From the NCBI RefSeq assembly GCF_006345805.1, contig NC_043010.1, positions 37,944,001 through 38,008,000 on the forward strand: a stretch of DNA of 64,000 nucleotides, in the 5' to 3' direction. This DNA comes from Octopus sinensis. Its lineage: Eukaryota. The notes beneath the pieces were generated by a model. That model had not been told where the DNA came from. It searched no databases and worked only from the letters and a program-made list of their open reading frames with translations. Position 1 is the stretch's first letter. Every line of letters starts with the position of its first letter. The position numbers and the translations under genes were made by a program. Below, piece by piece: positions 24,818 through 38,293 of this stretch.

Positions 24818-27800
24818 ATTATATATATATATATATATACATACATATATATATATATATCTGTGTGTAAGCAAAAATGTCATAGAAAATCTATACATAA
24901 ATAAATACACACATATGCACATGTATTCACATACACACACACACACACACATGTATATGACCATTTGTGTGCACAAGACAAGTTGGCCAACAACATTGTG
25001 GCTTCCTCCCTTTGTTACTTCAGTTTGATTCATTGACTAAAGAGCATGCATATATATGTGTGTGTGTGTGTATATGCATACACACCTGCACACACACACA
25101 CACAAGTAAGATGTGGAAGAGTATAAATTTTCATGAATCCTTCATTCATGAGGAGTTTGCAGTATACAATAACAATACACAATGGTATGCTCAGCTAAAA
25201 AAAACAAAAAAAATACGATGCAAAACAAAAATGTATGCTAATATGATATGGAAATAGCTGGACAATAAAGAAAAAAGTCAGCGAAAGACTAACACACATA
25301 CCTAAATACAGAATTATCTGTACACATGCATGCACACACACACACACACACACACGGATGCTCAAATTCACCAAGGCTATATACAGGTTTAGATATGAGA
25401 ACTAGGTTGTTGGCATACAAGAATAATTTCCACGGGCATTTCAATCTTAAAGACCTGGAGATCTGTGACAAACAATTAGGGACTGAGAACTGAACCCTGA
25501 TGAACACTTGTATGCTAAATTCTTTACAGCGTTTGTTGCTAACTCTCATCTTGCTCTTAGCTTCTCTGTACATTGCTCCTGCAAATATTCATCATCATCA
25601 TCGTCATCATCATCATCGTTTAACAACCGCTTTCCATGCTAGCATGGGTTGGATGATTTGACTGATGTTTGGTGAACCAGATGGCTGCACCAGGCTACAA
25701 TCTGATCTGGCAGAGTTTCTACACCTGGATGCCCTTCCTAATGCCAACCACTCCGAGAGTGTAGTGAGTGCTTTTATGTGCCACCGTTAGTGCATCGGGC
25801 ATTTTCACCCAGCGCTTGACATTTTGAGCTCAGATCCTGCATGGGGGTTTTTTTGTTTGTTAGGAAATGTGGAACATGTGAGTTGGCTTTTAAGACAGGA
25901 GTTATTGTGCAGAATGTGTCTTGTGAGAGTTGTAGACTGACCCTAACAATGCTCTCTCTCTTTCTCTCTCTCTTCATTTTCCTTACACAATTATGTATGT
26001 GTATGAGAAAGTGTGTGTGTGTGTATGTGTGTACATTCATTTCATTTACTCATAAATGCATAAAAGCATACACAAACACACACTCTCTCTCTCTCTCTCC
26101 CTCTCTGTTTGTCTCTCTCTATTTCTGTTTGTCTGTCTCTCTTTCTGTCTGTCTGTCTGTCTATTTGTCCCCCCTCTCTCTCCCTCCTCCTCCCACTCTC
26201 TTTCCCTCTCTGATGATATTTGTTGATAAATAAATACACTTGCTTTTACGTGCACACACATACGCACACACATTAATGGTGATATTTGTAAATAAATATT
26301 CTTGAATAGATACGTTTACACACACACACATACACACAGAGTAACACGTGTGTGCGTATATACATTAGACCGCTTCACCTCCACCTGTACATGTGGCACA
26401 CAGCTGTTGCATGATAGATGTGTAGTTTGTTGATTGATTCAAGTTTCTCAGTGGATGCTATTACAGTGGTCGTGATAAAACATAGCATTGTATAGGTAGG
26501 CGAGCCTCAAAAGGGGTCTTGGGGAGTAGCGTCCCTGCCTTCCTGAACTAGTTTTCCACCACATTTCTTAAAAATCGTGGTAGATGCTGTGGTCTCTGGA
26601 CCACTCATGTCTAGAAACTGAGGTTGGGGATAAGCAACGGCATGCTCCAAATAGAAAATCCAGCTCCAAAAAGCCCCATGATAACAAAAGAGAATGGGTA
26701 CAAGCCAGCCAGCCAGCCAGCCCAAAGGTTGGGGTGGGCTGCACCTGCCTACTTTGGTTGCTATGACATTGAGGTAGATCTGGCCACTCCCATCAGCGGT
26801 GGACAAAACCTGGATTTAAAAATCTAGATGATGATGATGATTGTAAGGGATTAATATTTGAGTTGGCTTAGCGGTATTTCGTTTATCCTTATGTTCTGAG
26901 TTCAAATTCTGCCAAGGTCGACTTTGACTTTAATCCTCTAGGGGTCGATAAAAGGAGCACCAGTTGAGCACTGGAGTTGCTATAATTGACTTTGCACCCC
27001 CCCCCGAAATTGCTGGCCTTGTGCCAAAATTTCACACTGATATTACCAAGCATGGCTGTGTGGTAAGAAGTTTGCTTCCCAACCATATGGTTATAGGTTC
27101 AGTTCCACTACATGACACCTTGGATGATTGTCTTCTACTATAGCCCTGGACCAACCAAAGCCTGGCAAGTGGATTAGGTAAACATAAACTGAGAGAAATT
27201 TTCCACGTGTGGGGGTGTGTGTGTGTCTTTCTGTTTGTTCCCCAACACTGCTTGACTACTGATGTTGGTTTGTTTATGTCACTGCAACTTAGTAGTTCAT
27301 CAAAAAGAGATCAATATAATAAGTACTAAACTTTAGAAAAAGTAAGTACAGAGTATGATTTGTTTGACTAAAAACCCTTCTAGGAAGTGCCCCAGCATGG
27401 CTGCAGTTTCTAATCCATCTTAAAAAAATAAGCGGTATTGTTCAATTTTTGAGATAAAATTGATTTGCCAAGAATATGCCTTATGTTATTTTATTGCACA
27501 TTGTTATTTTATTTGCCCCCAAGTTATTTTATGCACATTGTTATTTTATTTGCCCCCCAAGTTTCAACTAATTTTGTGTCAATTTTTAAGAGGAGAGAGA
27601 CTTCCCCAAACATTTTTGCACCTTTATTGAGTAGCAGTTTCTGTTTGCCTGTCTATTGGGTGATTAAAATTTCCATTTATATTTTTATTTGAAACTAATG
27701 TTACTTATCCCGTAGTTCTTACCACTACGCCAGTGAAAATCGAAATATAATACCGCAATCATCAAATGCAAAAGCCAAAGAATTGTTTATTGTTTAAATA

Positions 27801-28090
27801 TTACTGAAGAAAGCTTTGTGATTGAATTCGGCAGGCGGAAGTTACTGCCGTGTGTGTATATGTGCATGTAGGTGCTTGTGCCTCTCCGAAAGAGAGAGAG
27901 GGTAGTTGAAAATTTCGAATACCTTGGTGTGTGGGCACAAAGTACTGAAACAGACATTGTAGTAAGGAAGGCTCTTACCTGGAGCGCATGCCATAAATTG
28001 AGAAAGGTATGGAGTTCAAAGTTAGCAAGGAAATTGAAAGTGTGGTTGTTTCTAGCAACAGTGGAGTCTGTTCTTCTATACGGGGCTGAA

Positions 28091-28321
28091 GGCGGTGAGC
28101 TGGCAGAAACGTTAGCACGCTGGGCGAAATGCGTTGCTGTATTTCGTCTGTCGTTACGTTCCAAGTTCAAATTCTGCCAAGGTCAACGTTGCCTTTCATC
28201 CTTTTGGGGTCGATAAATTAAGTACCAGTTATGCACTGGGGTCGATGTAATCGACTTAATCCCTTTTTCTGTCCTTGTTTGTCCCCTCTGTGTTTAGCCC
28301 TTTGTGGGTAGTAAAGAAATA
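28091..28321 (+). mobile_element. SINE-B inserted into the LINE with a 14 bp TSD
   Basis: TSD TATACGGGGCTGAA at 28077-28090 and 28322-28335. Confidence 0.92.
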
Positions 28322-28561
28322 TATACGGGGCTGAAACATGGATGCTCACTAAAGCAGTTGGATGGTTGTTATATGAGGATGCTCGGAATGGCACTCAACG
28401 TCTCCTGGAAAAGCCATACAACAAATGTCAATTTATACCAGGGACTACCAAAAGTAACAGTGAAGATGCAGCATAGAAGGACGGGGCTAGCTGGACACTA
28501 CATCAGACACACCAATGAAATTGCTTACAAGCTAGTGCTCTGGCAGCCAACAGAAGGAAGA

Positions 28562-28978
28562 TCATCATCATCATTGTTCGACCGTGGTCGAGACAATGGA
28601 ATTTACCATGCTACGCCAGGCTTCATGGTCCATCATAGCATTACGGAGGTCCTGTTGCTGGATGCCTGTATCCCTGGAGATTACATCAGGGTAGGAGAGT
28701 GTTTGTAGTAGTGGCGCGCGCACACATTATTAGCCATTTGAAAAGACTATGGAATTTACAATTAACTGCACCAGGGTTCCTCTTCCCCAGGGAACCAGAC
28801 TTAATGGTATACCTGTGGATGTAGGTCCAGCCCCTGCTTTGCCGGGTCCTGTCTCTGATCACGTTGCACCTCCAAGGGCATCTAATGACGGTGATGCCCT
28901 CAATTTTAACAGACGGGTATCACCTGATGGAGAAGAATCAGCTCCCGACCAAACGACACCAAACAAACACCTCATCAA
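28562..28978 (-). mobile_element. 417 bp chimeric LINE insertion (3' end plus an inverted segment) with a 10 bp TSD
   Basis: TSD AGAAGGAAGA at 28552-28561 and 28979-28988. Minus strand ends YPDVISRDTGIQQQDLRNAMMDHEAWRSMVNSIVSTTVEQ* followed by (TGA)n. Confidence 0.8.
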
Positions 28979-29654
28979 AGAAGGAAGAACCAAGAAAGGA
29001 AGGACGAAGACAACCTATATCGACAACTTGCTGGAGGATACTGGTATGGAAGGAGTACAGGAGCTGAGGACCATTATGGAAGATCGAGATGAATGGGAAA
29101 AACATGTGGAAACAGTCTTGGGGGCATCCTATGGGATGACCTAGATGAGACAAAATTGTATAGAAGCTCAACCATTATGTGATCTTACATACATATTGAT
29201 GGTTCCTTTTTTTCCTTCTCATTTCATCTCTGTTAATTACTCTTTTAATTACTCTTTCTATAAAGGCTAATAAATGCCTCTGTCTCTACCTTGCTCTCTT
29301 TACACATGTTGGGTTTTAAATAATTTACTCCATGCTCAAATAAACCAGAATGTTTTTGGTAGTTACTACACCATATATACCTTTTATAAACAATGGGATT
29401 TCGCTACAAAAGAGCTATTCTGTTAACACCTACGAATCCATCATTTGCCAGAATACAAGTACTTTTGTAATAGTCAACTATTATTTTAAAAATAGCTGTG
29501 TAAATACCGCGAGAGCACTTGGCTTGGAGACCACAAGTTAATCAGCTCACACATACATATATACAAGTGTATGTATGTATGCATAGAAGTATATACATAT
29601 ACATCTTTATACATATATACACACACATATATATGTATATATATGTATATGGTA

Positions 29655-29880
29655 AAGCACGAGATGACTCTCGTCCCCACTCCCAACCACTCTATTCTCT
29701 AGCATTGGCTCCTGCAGATTTTGTTGTTTTGTTTCCAAAGTTGAAACCCACCCTGAAAAGGCACCAGTTTCTGACACCAGACAAGTCTAAAGAAAATTCA
29801 GCAAAAACTCTGTGGGATCACTGAAAGTGCAATCCAAACTGGGGGGGGGGGGGGAATACCAAGAGTTGTATATTAGTTGA
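29655..29880 (+). pseudogene. Mariner transposase C-terminal relic
   Basis: QPLYSLALAPADFVVLFPKLKPTLK resembles the mariner YSPDLAP.D..LFPKLK motif. Confidence 0.7.
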
Positions 29881-31192
29881 GTGTGAGTGTTTAGAATATT
29901 AAAAGTGTGATTAAATTTTAAGTGGAGCATTAGATTTACTTATTATTTGTTAGATTTTTTGGGGGAAAGATGCTATATATTCTTTTATTTGTTTCAGTCA
30001 TTTGACTGTGGCTATGCTGGAGTACCGCCTTTAGTCGAACAAATCGACCCCAGGACTTATACTTTATTCTATTGGTCTCTTTTGCCGAACTGCTAAGTTA
30101 TGGAAACATAACCACACCAGCATCGGTTGCCAAGCGATGTTGGGGGCGGGAGGGTGGACACAAACACACACACACATGTATGACAGGCTTCTTTAAGTTT
30201 CTGTCTACCAAATTCACTCACAAGGCTTTGGTTGGCCCGAGACTATAGTAGAAGACATTTGCCCATGGTGCTGCGCAGTGGGACTGAACCCGGAACTATG
30301 TGGTTTGTAAGCAAGGTACTTACCACACAGCCACTCCTGCACCTATATATAAATTTTCATGGTATAGTGATGTCATTAAATTTACTGCACACCATTTTGT
30401 TATTCAGTATGTGTCTTTCACAATTGCCAAAAGTTTTATAAGTGGAATTTGATAGATAGAAACTGTATGGAAGCCTTTCATATATATCATCATTATCATT
30501 TAATGTCCATCTCCTATGCTGGGACAGAAGCTGGTCAGTCAGAGGGCTGTACCATGTTTCACATTCTGCTTTTGTCCAGTTTTTACGGTGGATGCTTTTC
30601 CTAACGCCAACCACTTTACAGAGTGGACATGGTGCTTTTTACAAATACATACATACATATATATAAATACACATATATATATATCAGAAAGGCTTCCAAA
30701 CACATACACACACACTCTCTCTTTCTCCTTCTCTATCTTTTTCTCTCTCCCTCTCTTTCACACACACACACTTTGAGGTCTTGTCTTGCTTATGTCAGAA
30801 ACTAATATTAAATGATATTCTACTTTATCAGCTGTCTCAGCCTCTAATATCTACATTATATTGTCAGCAGAGATGATTCTTCCGTTAATGGATGGCTTAT
30901 GTTGTTTCCTTTAATCATATTTACCAAATACATGAGTATCTAACATCTTAAACACATCCACATGTCTGTGTGTGTACCCCTAGCCGCATGCATCCATGGT
31001 GGTGTGTATCTGTGTAACTGTTTCTGTACTGCCACGCTTGTATTTACTGTCTCAAAGACATGCAAGTATGTGTGCATATATGCATGCATATCTATATACA
31101 ATAATCCCTCAACTGTCGCGGATGTTACTTTCCAAAACCTCTCGTGATAGGTGAAAAACCTCAAAGTAGAAACAGTACTATACTGTATTTTC

Positions 31193-31223
<31 letters not shown>

Positions 31224-32688
31224 GTATATATTTATTTTATTATAAATGCAAAACAACACCATGGAAGAAGTGCTATAAGCTTAAATGATACACTATGATA
31301 GATGAACCACAATAGGTGAACCACAATAACTAAACCATAACTGAACCACAATATGGCAAGGGATTGCTGTATCCTCTCTGTGTTTGATTTTGTCTTAGAC
31401 ATATGTGTATATCTTTGTCTATATTTGCACATATATACTAATAACTATGCATATACATATAATTACACTTGCGTATATTGTTAAGAGTATCGGTTTCTGT
31501 CGTGTATTGAACTTCTAATGAATAAATAACGAAAGGTGTATATTTGTTTAAATAAATAAAATCCACCAGTCACATGGCATGTATGAGTTTTATGTGAACT
31601 CGTGGGGGCAGTAGATTTAAATATTTTTGTTGAACACTAATTACCAAATTGGTAAAGAATTTCAGCAGTTGACTCATGTTTCAGCAAGGGGTACAAGATA
31701 GTGCTCATAGCCTGTGGTGCAGGCCCTTCTCAGACTGGTGAGGTAGATATAGCTTGTTGGTGTTGTGGAGGGTTTGTTCTTCTGGGAGAGGAAGGATTAG
31801 TGCAATTTTTGGGTGCTTTTTGAGATAGAATAGGAATTAGAAGTTGGGGAGGGTTGGGTACATTAAGTGGGTTTCAGTGGGTGCACTGCACAGCCTGTTA
31901 ATCAATGATTCACATGCATACATATGCATGCACACACATGCACACACTCTCACTCATGTAGATCTATACATCACATACATGACACGCATACACATACTCG
32001 CACAATGCAGACTTGTACACATGCACCATGTAAACACATCACATGCACATGCATCACATACAAATTTGCACTTATTCAGATACATGCATCATATACACAC
32101 AACACACACACACACACACACATGTATATATACACACATCACATACATACATACATTGTAGATGTGTCATACTTGCTCACACTTTACACACAAATCACAC
32201 ATACAGCTGAGCAAAGTTGCATACACACTAATAAAGACACACACACACACACACATATAAACAAGCATGTGCACATTCTGGTAAACAAATACAGATAAAC
32301 AGACATGTAAACAGTAAGATGAACTTATAGACTCATAAATATAAACCAATGCACAAATACACAGTCAAATCAATGCATACACACAAAGGGAAATCAATGC
32401 TTTTGTTTGTTTTATTTCTCTTGTTTCCATCATTAGACTGTTGCCATGCTGGGGCATCACCTTGAAGAAATTTTTGTCTTTTGTTTTCTTTTTTACTCTT
32501 TTACTTGTTTCAGTCATTTGACTGTGGCCATGCTGGAGCACCACCTTTAGTCGAGCAAATCGACCCCAGGACTTATTCTTTGGAAGCCTAGTACTTATTC
32601 TATTAGTCTCTTTTGCTGAACTGCTAAGTTACGGGAACATAAACTCACCAAGCGATGTTGGGGGACAAACACAGACACACAAACATAT

Positions 32689-32721
<33 letters not shown>

Positions 32722-33463
32722 CATATATACGACGGGTTTTTTTTCAGTTTCCGTCTACCAAACCCACTTACAAGGCTTTGGTTGGCCTGAAGCTATAGTA
32801 GAAGACACTTGCCCAAGGTGCTACACAGTGGGACTGAACCCAGAATCATGTGGTTGGTAAGCAAGCTACTTACCACACAGCCACTCCTATGCCTATCACC
32901 TTTTGCCAAACTGCTTAGTTACTTTGACATGAACACATCTACACCATTTGTCAAGAGGTGATGGGAGTGACAAACACAGATACAAACACACACACACAAG
33001 TGCATGCATATATATATGACCAAATCCATTCACAAGGCTTTGGTTGGCCCCCAAAATACTTGCCCAAGGTGCCATGCAGAGGGCCCGAACCCAGTACCAT
33101 GTGGTTGAGAAGCAAACTTCTTGCCACACAACCACACATAAATTTATACATGTATACACATTAATAAACAAGCTTGCATGCTTACTACCACCAAAGCCAC
33201 AACAGTTATTGATACCAAAACAGGCTCAGAGCTTCACAACTAGACACCAGGACCATCATTTGCACCATAACAACAACTGTGAATACCATAGCAACCACCA
33301 CCACTGCTACAACAATGATGATCACTATCACAACAAATACTACTACGACAGCAACCACAGCTGTCATGACAACCACCACCACCACCACTGCCACATCAGG
33401 TACTACTACCATATAAACCAGTGTTTCTGCTACGTCCTGCTTTATGACAACATATTTCATAAC

Positions 33464-33580
33464 CTTTGTGGGACTGACCCGAACAGCATACTTTGCCGAC
33501 TGACAGTACTGACTGTGTCAGTCCACTGTTTATTAGTAGTGGACCAGCCTACAGCTCACCTGGGGGCATCAGCCACAACA
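33464..33580. repeat. 117 bp block duplicated at 35348-35464
   Basis: Gap-free alignment with about 20 substitutions. Confidence 0.85.
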
Positions 33581-33877
33581 CCTCCCCCTTTTGAGATTTT
33601 TTTTCCTTTCAATACATTTTTTTTTTTCCGTTACTTTTTCTTCTAACCAGAATTATTTTTCTTTTCTTAGATTATTTCTTGTTCCACACAGAATTATATT
33701 TATTATTTCTTCACAGCATATCATCATCATCATCATCATCGTTTAACGTCCGTTCTCCATGCAAGCATGGGTTGGACGGTTCGACCGGGGATCTGGGTAG
33801 CCAGAAGGCTGCACCAGGCTCCAGTCTTATCTGGCAATGTCTCTACAGCTGGATGCCCTTCCTAACGCCAACATATA

Positions 33878-34058
33878 TATATAATTAGGGTTCAACAAAA
33901 AAATTTACTTTACCACACACCGAACTTTTAGAAATAGCAGCCAAAGAATTTAGCTATTTCCTCTACTATAAGAAGAGTCTCCCAGACAATGTATACTCTT
34001 TCTAAAAGTTCGGTGTGTGGTAAAGTAAAAAAATTTTTTGCTGAACCCTAATTATATA
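33878..34058. mobile_element. Foldback element with ~57 bp inverted arms in TA, possible degenerate hammerhead core
   Basis: 33878-33934 is complementary to 33999-34058; interior minus strand reads CUGGGAGA-CUCU...AGAG-GAAA-UAGCUA. Confidence 0.75.
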
Positions 34059-34179
34059 AAGTAATGTTTTAAATATACCGTAAATGGTCTTTTTACATAC
34101 TGAACACTGCTTGGTAAAATTATTAATTACTAATTAATTAATTTTACCCTTATTATTATTGACTATATATACATATATA

Positions 34180-34475
34180 TATATATAGAGGGCATTATTA
34201 TACATAGATGCCACACGCTAAGAGGGACAAAAAGTCATTTCTACCAAAAATTTTACTAATCCCACTGAATGCAATCTTTCAAAGCAAGACATTTAAAAAA
34301 TATAGACTTGTATCACCTGTGATTTCGTACTTACGTACTCCTCAGCAAACCTGAACGTATCATAAATAAACGACCCTGTCTCGTCGAAGCCAAGCAGCTA
34401 ACTGTTCAACTTCAACGAGACTTTTTGTCCCTCTTAGCGTGTGGCATCTATGTATAATAATGCCCTCTATATATA
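34180..34475. mobile_element. Foldback element with perfect 57 bp terminal inverted repeats and a canonical hammerhead
   Basis: 34180-34236 is the exact reverse complement of 34419-34475 (including terminal TA repeats). Confidence 0.92.
34304..34352 (-). ncRNA. Canonical type I hammerhead ribozyme, predicted active
   Basis: AGGUUUG-CUGAGGA-GUAC guaa GUAC-GAAA-UCAC ag GUGA-UA-CAAGUCU. All core positions are intact, with G10.1-C11.1, a GNRA loop II and an AUA triplet; predicted cut between 34311 and 34310. Confidence 0.93.
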
Positions 34476-34603
34476 AATTAATATGTTCAATAAGAAAGAA
34501 TTATTTTCGAAATTTTTCTCTTATGAGGTTTTTCACGCTATCTACCTGATAATTTCTTATTAAGATTCCTTATTAAGAAGTTGTCCTTAATTGCTAAATA
34601 TAC

Positions 34604-34637
<34 letters not shown>

Positions 34638-34861
34638 TTTCATTTCTATGACTTTTCCTTTCATTACACTTTTCTTGGCAGAAACTGGATCGACTGCCTG
34701 CAAACTTTCATTATCTTTTAAAGTGTTTGCATTAGAACAATTTCGCAAGCATTTTCAGGAGAAGGACCTTTTCTGTAACAGATGGCTTAGATTCTCTAAT
34801 TTTAGAATTTTCTAGGTGTTCTTCACTTGTCGGGAGGACTAGTGAAGGAGTGGCTATAGGT

Positions 34862-35272
34862 GTAGGAGTGGCTGTGTGGTAAGTAGCTTGCTTACCAACC
34901 ACATGGTTCCGGGTTCATTCCTACTGTGCAAGTGTCTTCTACTATAGCCTCGGGCCGACCAAAGCCTTTTGAGTGGATTTGGTAGACGGAAACTGAAAGA
35001 AGCCCATCGTATATATATGTGTATGTATATATATATATATGTATGTGCGTGTATATGTTTGTGTGTATATGTTTGGGTGTCTGTGTTTGTCCCCAACATC
35101 GCTTGACAACCGATGCTGGTGTGTTTATGTCCCCGTAACTTAGCGGTTCAGCAAAAGAGACTGATAGAATAAGTACTAGGCTTACAAAGAATAAATCCTG
35201 GGGTCGATTTGCTCGACTAAAGGTGGTGCTCCAGCATGGCGGCAGTCAAATGACTGAAACAAGTAAAAGATA
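34862..35272 (+). mobile_element. SINE family A, full length
   Basis: Complete match to the family. Confidence 0.9.
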
Positions 35273-36753
35273 AAAGATAGTCACTTCCATTTACATCTCA
35301 TCCTCATTGCCACTGTCATGTCTCGTGATTTGACTACATTTCGTCGTCTCTGCGGGACTAGCCCGAACAGCGTACCTCACCTACTGACATTACTGACTGT
35401 GTCAGTCCACTTTTTATTAATACTTGAGCAGCCCACTTCTCACCTGGGGGCGTCTGCCACAACAGTTTCCCAACTTTTTCACTACCGAGGACCCCATTTT
35501 TATTTAAATGAATTTTCCCACAGACTCCAAGATATTGAAAGGTCTGTCAGCTTAACATGTTCACGGATCTCCAGTACTACCGATGAAGACCATCAGGGGT
35601 CCGCGAACCACAGGTCAGGAACCATTGATATAAACCACCACAGCTGCCGCTACCACAACAGTTGTCACTTACTGTAACTACCATTATGACAACAACCACT
35701 CTTACCAAACTGCCCACTAAGCAGTGGCAGAAGCAGCAGCCTGACCACGATGACCACCGCCACTACCACCACCACCACCACAACAACAATAGTAGCAACA
35801 AACAAAATTCCTCACTTAATATCCCTTCAGTTACACCACCAATACCATCAACAAGACAGCAGCAGCAGCAGCAACAACAACAACTACTACTACTACTACT
35901 ATTACTACCACTACTACTACTGCTGCTGCTACTATCAAATGCACAGCCACTACCACCTCAACTACTACTACAACTCTCAACTCTGAAACTGCGTTTTTAA
36001 ATCATGCCACTACAACCATAACAGTAACAACAACCACAACAATATTATCACCACCACCACATCTTTAATCTGGCCTTATCCACCTCCACTCCCGTGCAGA
36101 CATCCACTCCTCCACAACTAATATTTTTTTTTCTTTTTAATTCCTTTATTAGAACATAGCATACTTCTGTATCACCCAGTCTCCTCAAGAACTCATACTG
36201 GCAGCAGTATTGTTATTACTGTTAACCATTCTTGTTGTTGTTGTTGTTGGCGGTGGTGGTGGTGGCAGCAACATGTGCAGCCATGCAGTCAGTCATGCAA
36301 CTATGCAGTCTTCTTAGTTCTGCGCTGTCTCTTAATCCTTTCTCGTTGTCGCCATGCCGCCATCATTAACCACATGCCTTCTCGTTACACGCAATCCAAT
36401 CGGCAATCCTATCAGTCGTTTCTTTTGACCGCTTTTATTTTCACCACCCACCTCTCATTTTCATTTTCCTTTCTTTTTTTTTCCTCTTTTTTATTTAGTT
36501 TTTAGTGCAAACTGCACCCCCCTCACCTCCACCCCATCCCACCTACTCCCCATTTGTCTTAATCCACTCTCCACCCCCACCATGTCTTTGGTGCTTTGGC
36601 TTTTTATCTGCTGGCTTATCCTCTCTCTCTCTCTCTCTCTCTATGTATATCTGTCTGTCTCTCTTTCTAGTCCTTTGATAATTTACCCCACCCATCCACC
36701 CATCACAGTTACACATTTCTGTCATCAGCATCACTCACGCCACCCCATTCACT

Positions 36754-36795
<42 letters not shown>

Positions 36796-36899
36796 GCACT
36801 TATGATAATAAAAAGGTATATCCTCATCATCATCATCATCATCATCATAAGGCAGCAAGCTAACAGAACAAAATACTTCGCAGCATTTCTTACAACTCT

Positions 36900-38262
36900 T
36901 TAATTTGAGGGGAGGGGACTAGTTGATTACATTGGCCCCCAGTACTTAACTGGTACTTATTTTATTGACCCTGAAAGTATGAAAGGCAAAGTCTATCTCT
37001 GCAGAATTTAAACTCTGTAACAACAACAACAATAATTCTTTCTATTATAGGTACAAAGCCTGAAATTTTAGTGGGAGCGATTTCATTGACCCCTTCCGCC
37101 CCCGTGTTTCACTGGTACTTAATTTATCCACTCCAGAATGATGAAAACAATAATAATAATAATAATAATTTTGGCTTAAGGTTAGCAATTTTAGGGAGAG
37201 AGTAAGTCAATTGCATTGACCCCAGTATTCTACTGGTACTTATTTTATCAGCGCAAAGGCAGTGGTTAGGGTATTCAGCTCACAATCGTAAGGTCGTGAG
37301 TTCAATTCCCGGCGATAGATTGTGTCCTTGAGCAAAACACTTTATTTCATGTTGCTCCAGTCTGCTCAGCTGGTAAAAATGAGTTGTACCTGTATTTCGA
37401 AGGGCCAGCCTTGTCACACTCTGTGTCATACTGAATCTCCCTGAGAACTACGTTAAGGGTACACATGTCTGTGGAGTGCTCAGCCACATGCATGTTAATT
37501 TCATGAGCAAGCTGTTCCGTTGATCATATCAGCTGGGACATTCATCGTCGTAACTGACAAAGTGCTCCTTGATTTTATCAACCCTGAAAGGCTGAAAGGC
37601 AAAGTTGACCTTGGAGGAACTTGAACTCAGAACATGAAGATGGACAAAATACCACGAAACATTTCACCTAGCATGCTAACAATTCTGCCAGCTCACCACC
37701 TTAGATATAATAATAATAATGATAATATAATAATAATAATAGTAATAATAATGATAAGGATAATGATAATAATAATAATAATAAGGATCATCCTTTCTAC
37801 TATAGGCACGAAACCTGAAATTTTGCAGGAGGGCCAGTCAATTAATTCAACCCCAGTATGCAACTGGTACTTAATTTATCGACTCCAAAAGGATGAAAGG
37901 CAAAGTCAACCTTAGTGGAATTTGAACTTAAGACGTGAAGACGGACGAAATATCGCTAAACATTTCACCTAGCATGCTAACAATTCTGCCAGCTCGCTAA
38001 CTTAGAAATAATAATAATCATAATCATAATAATAATGATAATCCTTTCTACTATAGGCACAAGGCTTGGAATTTTGGAGGAGCGGGGGGCAGTTGATTAA
38101 ATCAACCCCAGTAGGCAGCTGGTACTTAATTTATTGACCTCCCAAAAGGATGGAAGGCAAAGTCGACCTTGGTGGAATTTGAACTCAGAACACCAAGGTG
38201 AATGAATGCTGCTAAGCATTTTACCCAGCGTGCTACTGATTCTGCCAACAGATATAATATTG

Positions 38263-38293
<31 letters not shown>

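Larger units (their letters stand above)
27895..29145 (+). pseudogene. C-terminal remnant of an RTE/RTEX-type LINE ORF carrying two nested insertions
   Basis: FEYLG, LATVESVLLYGAETW, LDGCYMRML, LAGHYIRH, GRTKTTYIDNLLEDTG and MEDRDEW; the frame is restored when the insertions are removed. Confidence 0.85.

Noticed and set aside
37258-37320. tRNA gene candidates (also 12493 and 20930-20988)
   Set aside because: A/B boxes continue into SINE bodies with no acceptor stem, so these are SINE heads rather than tRNAs.
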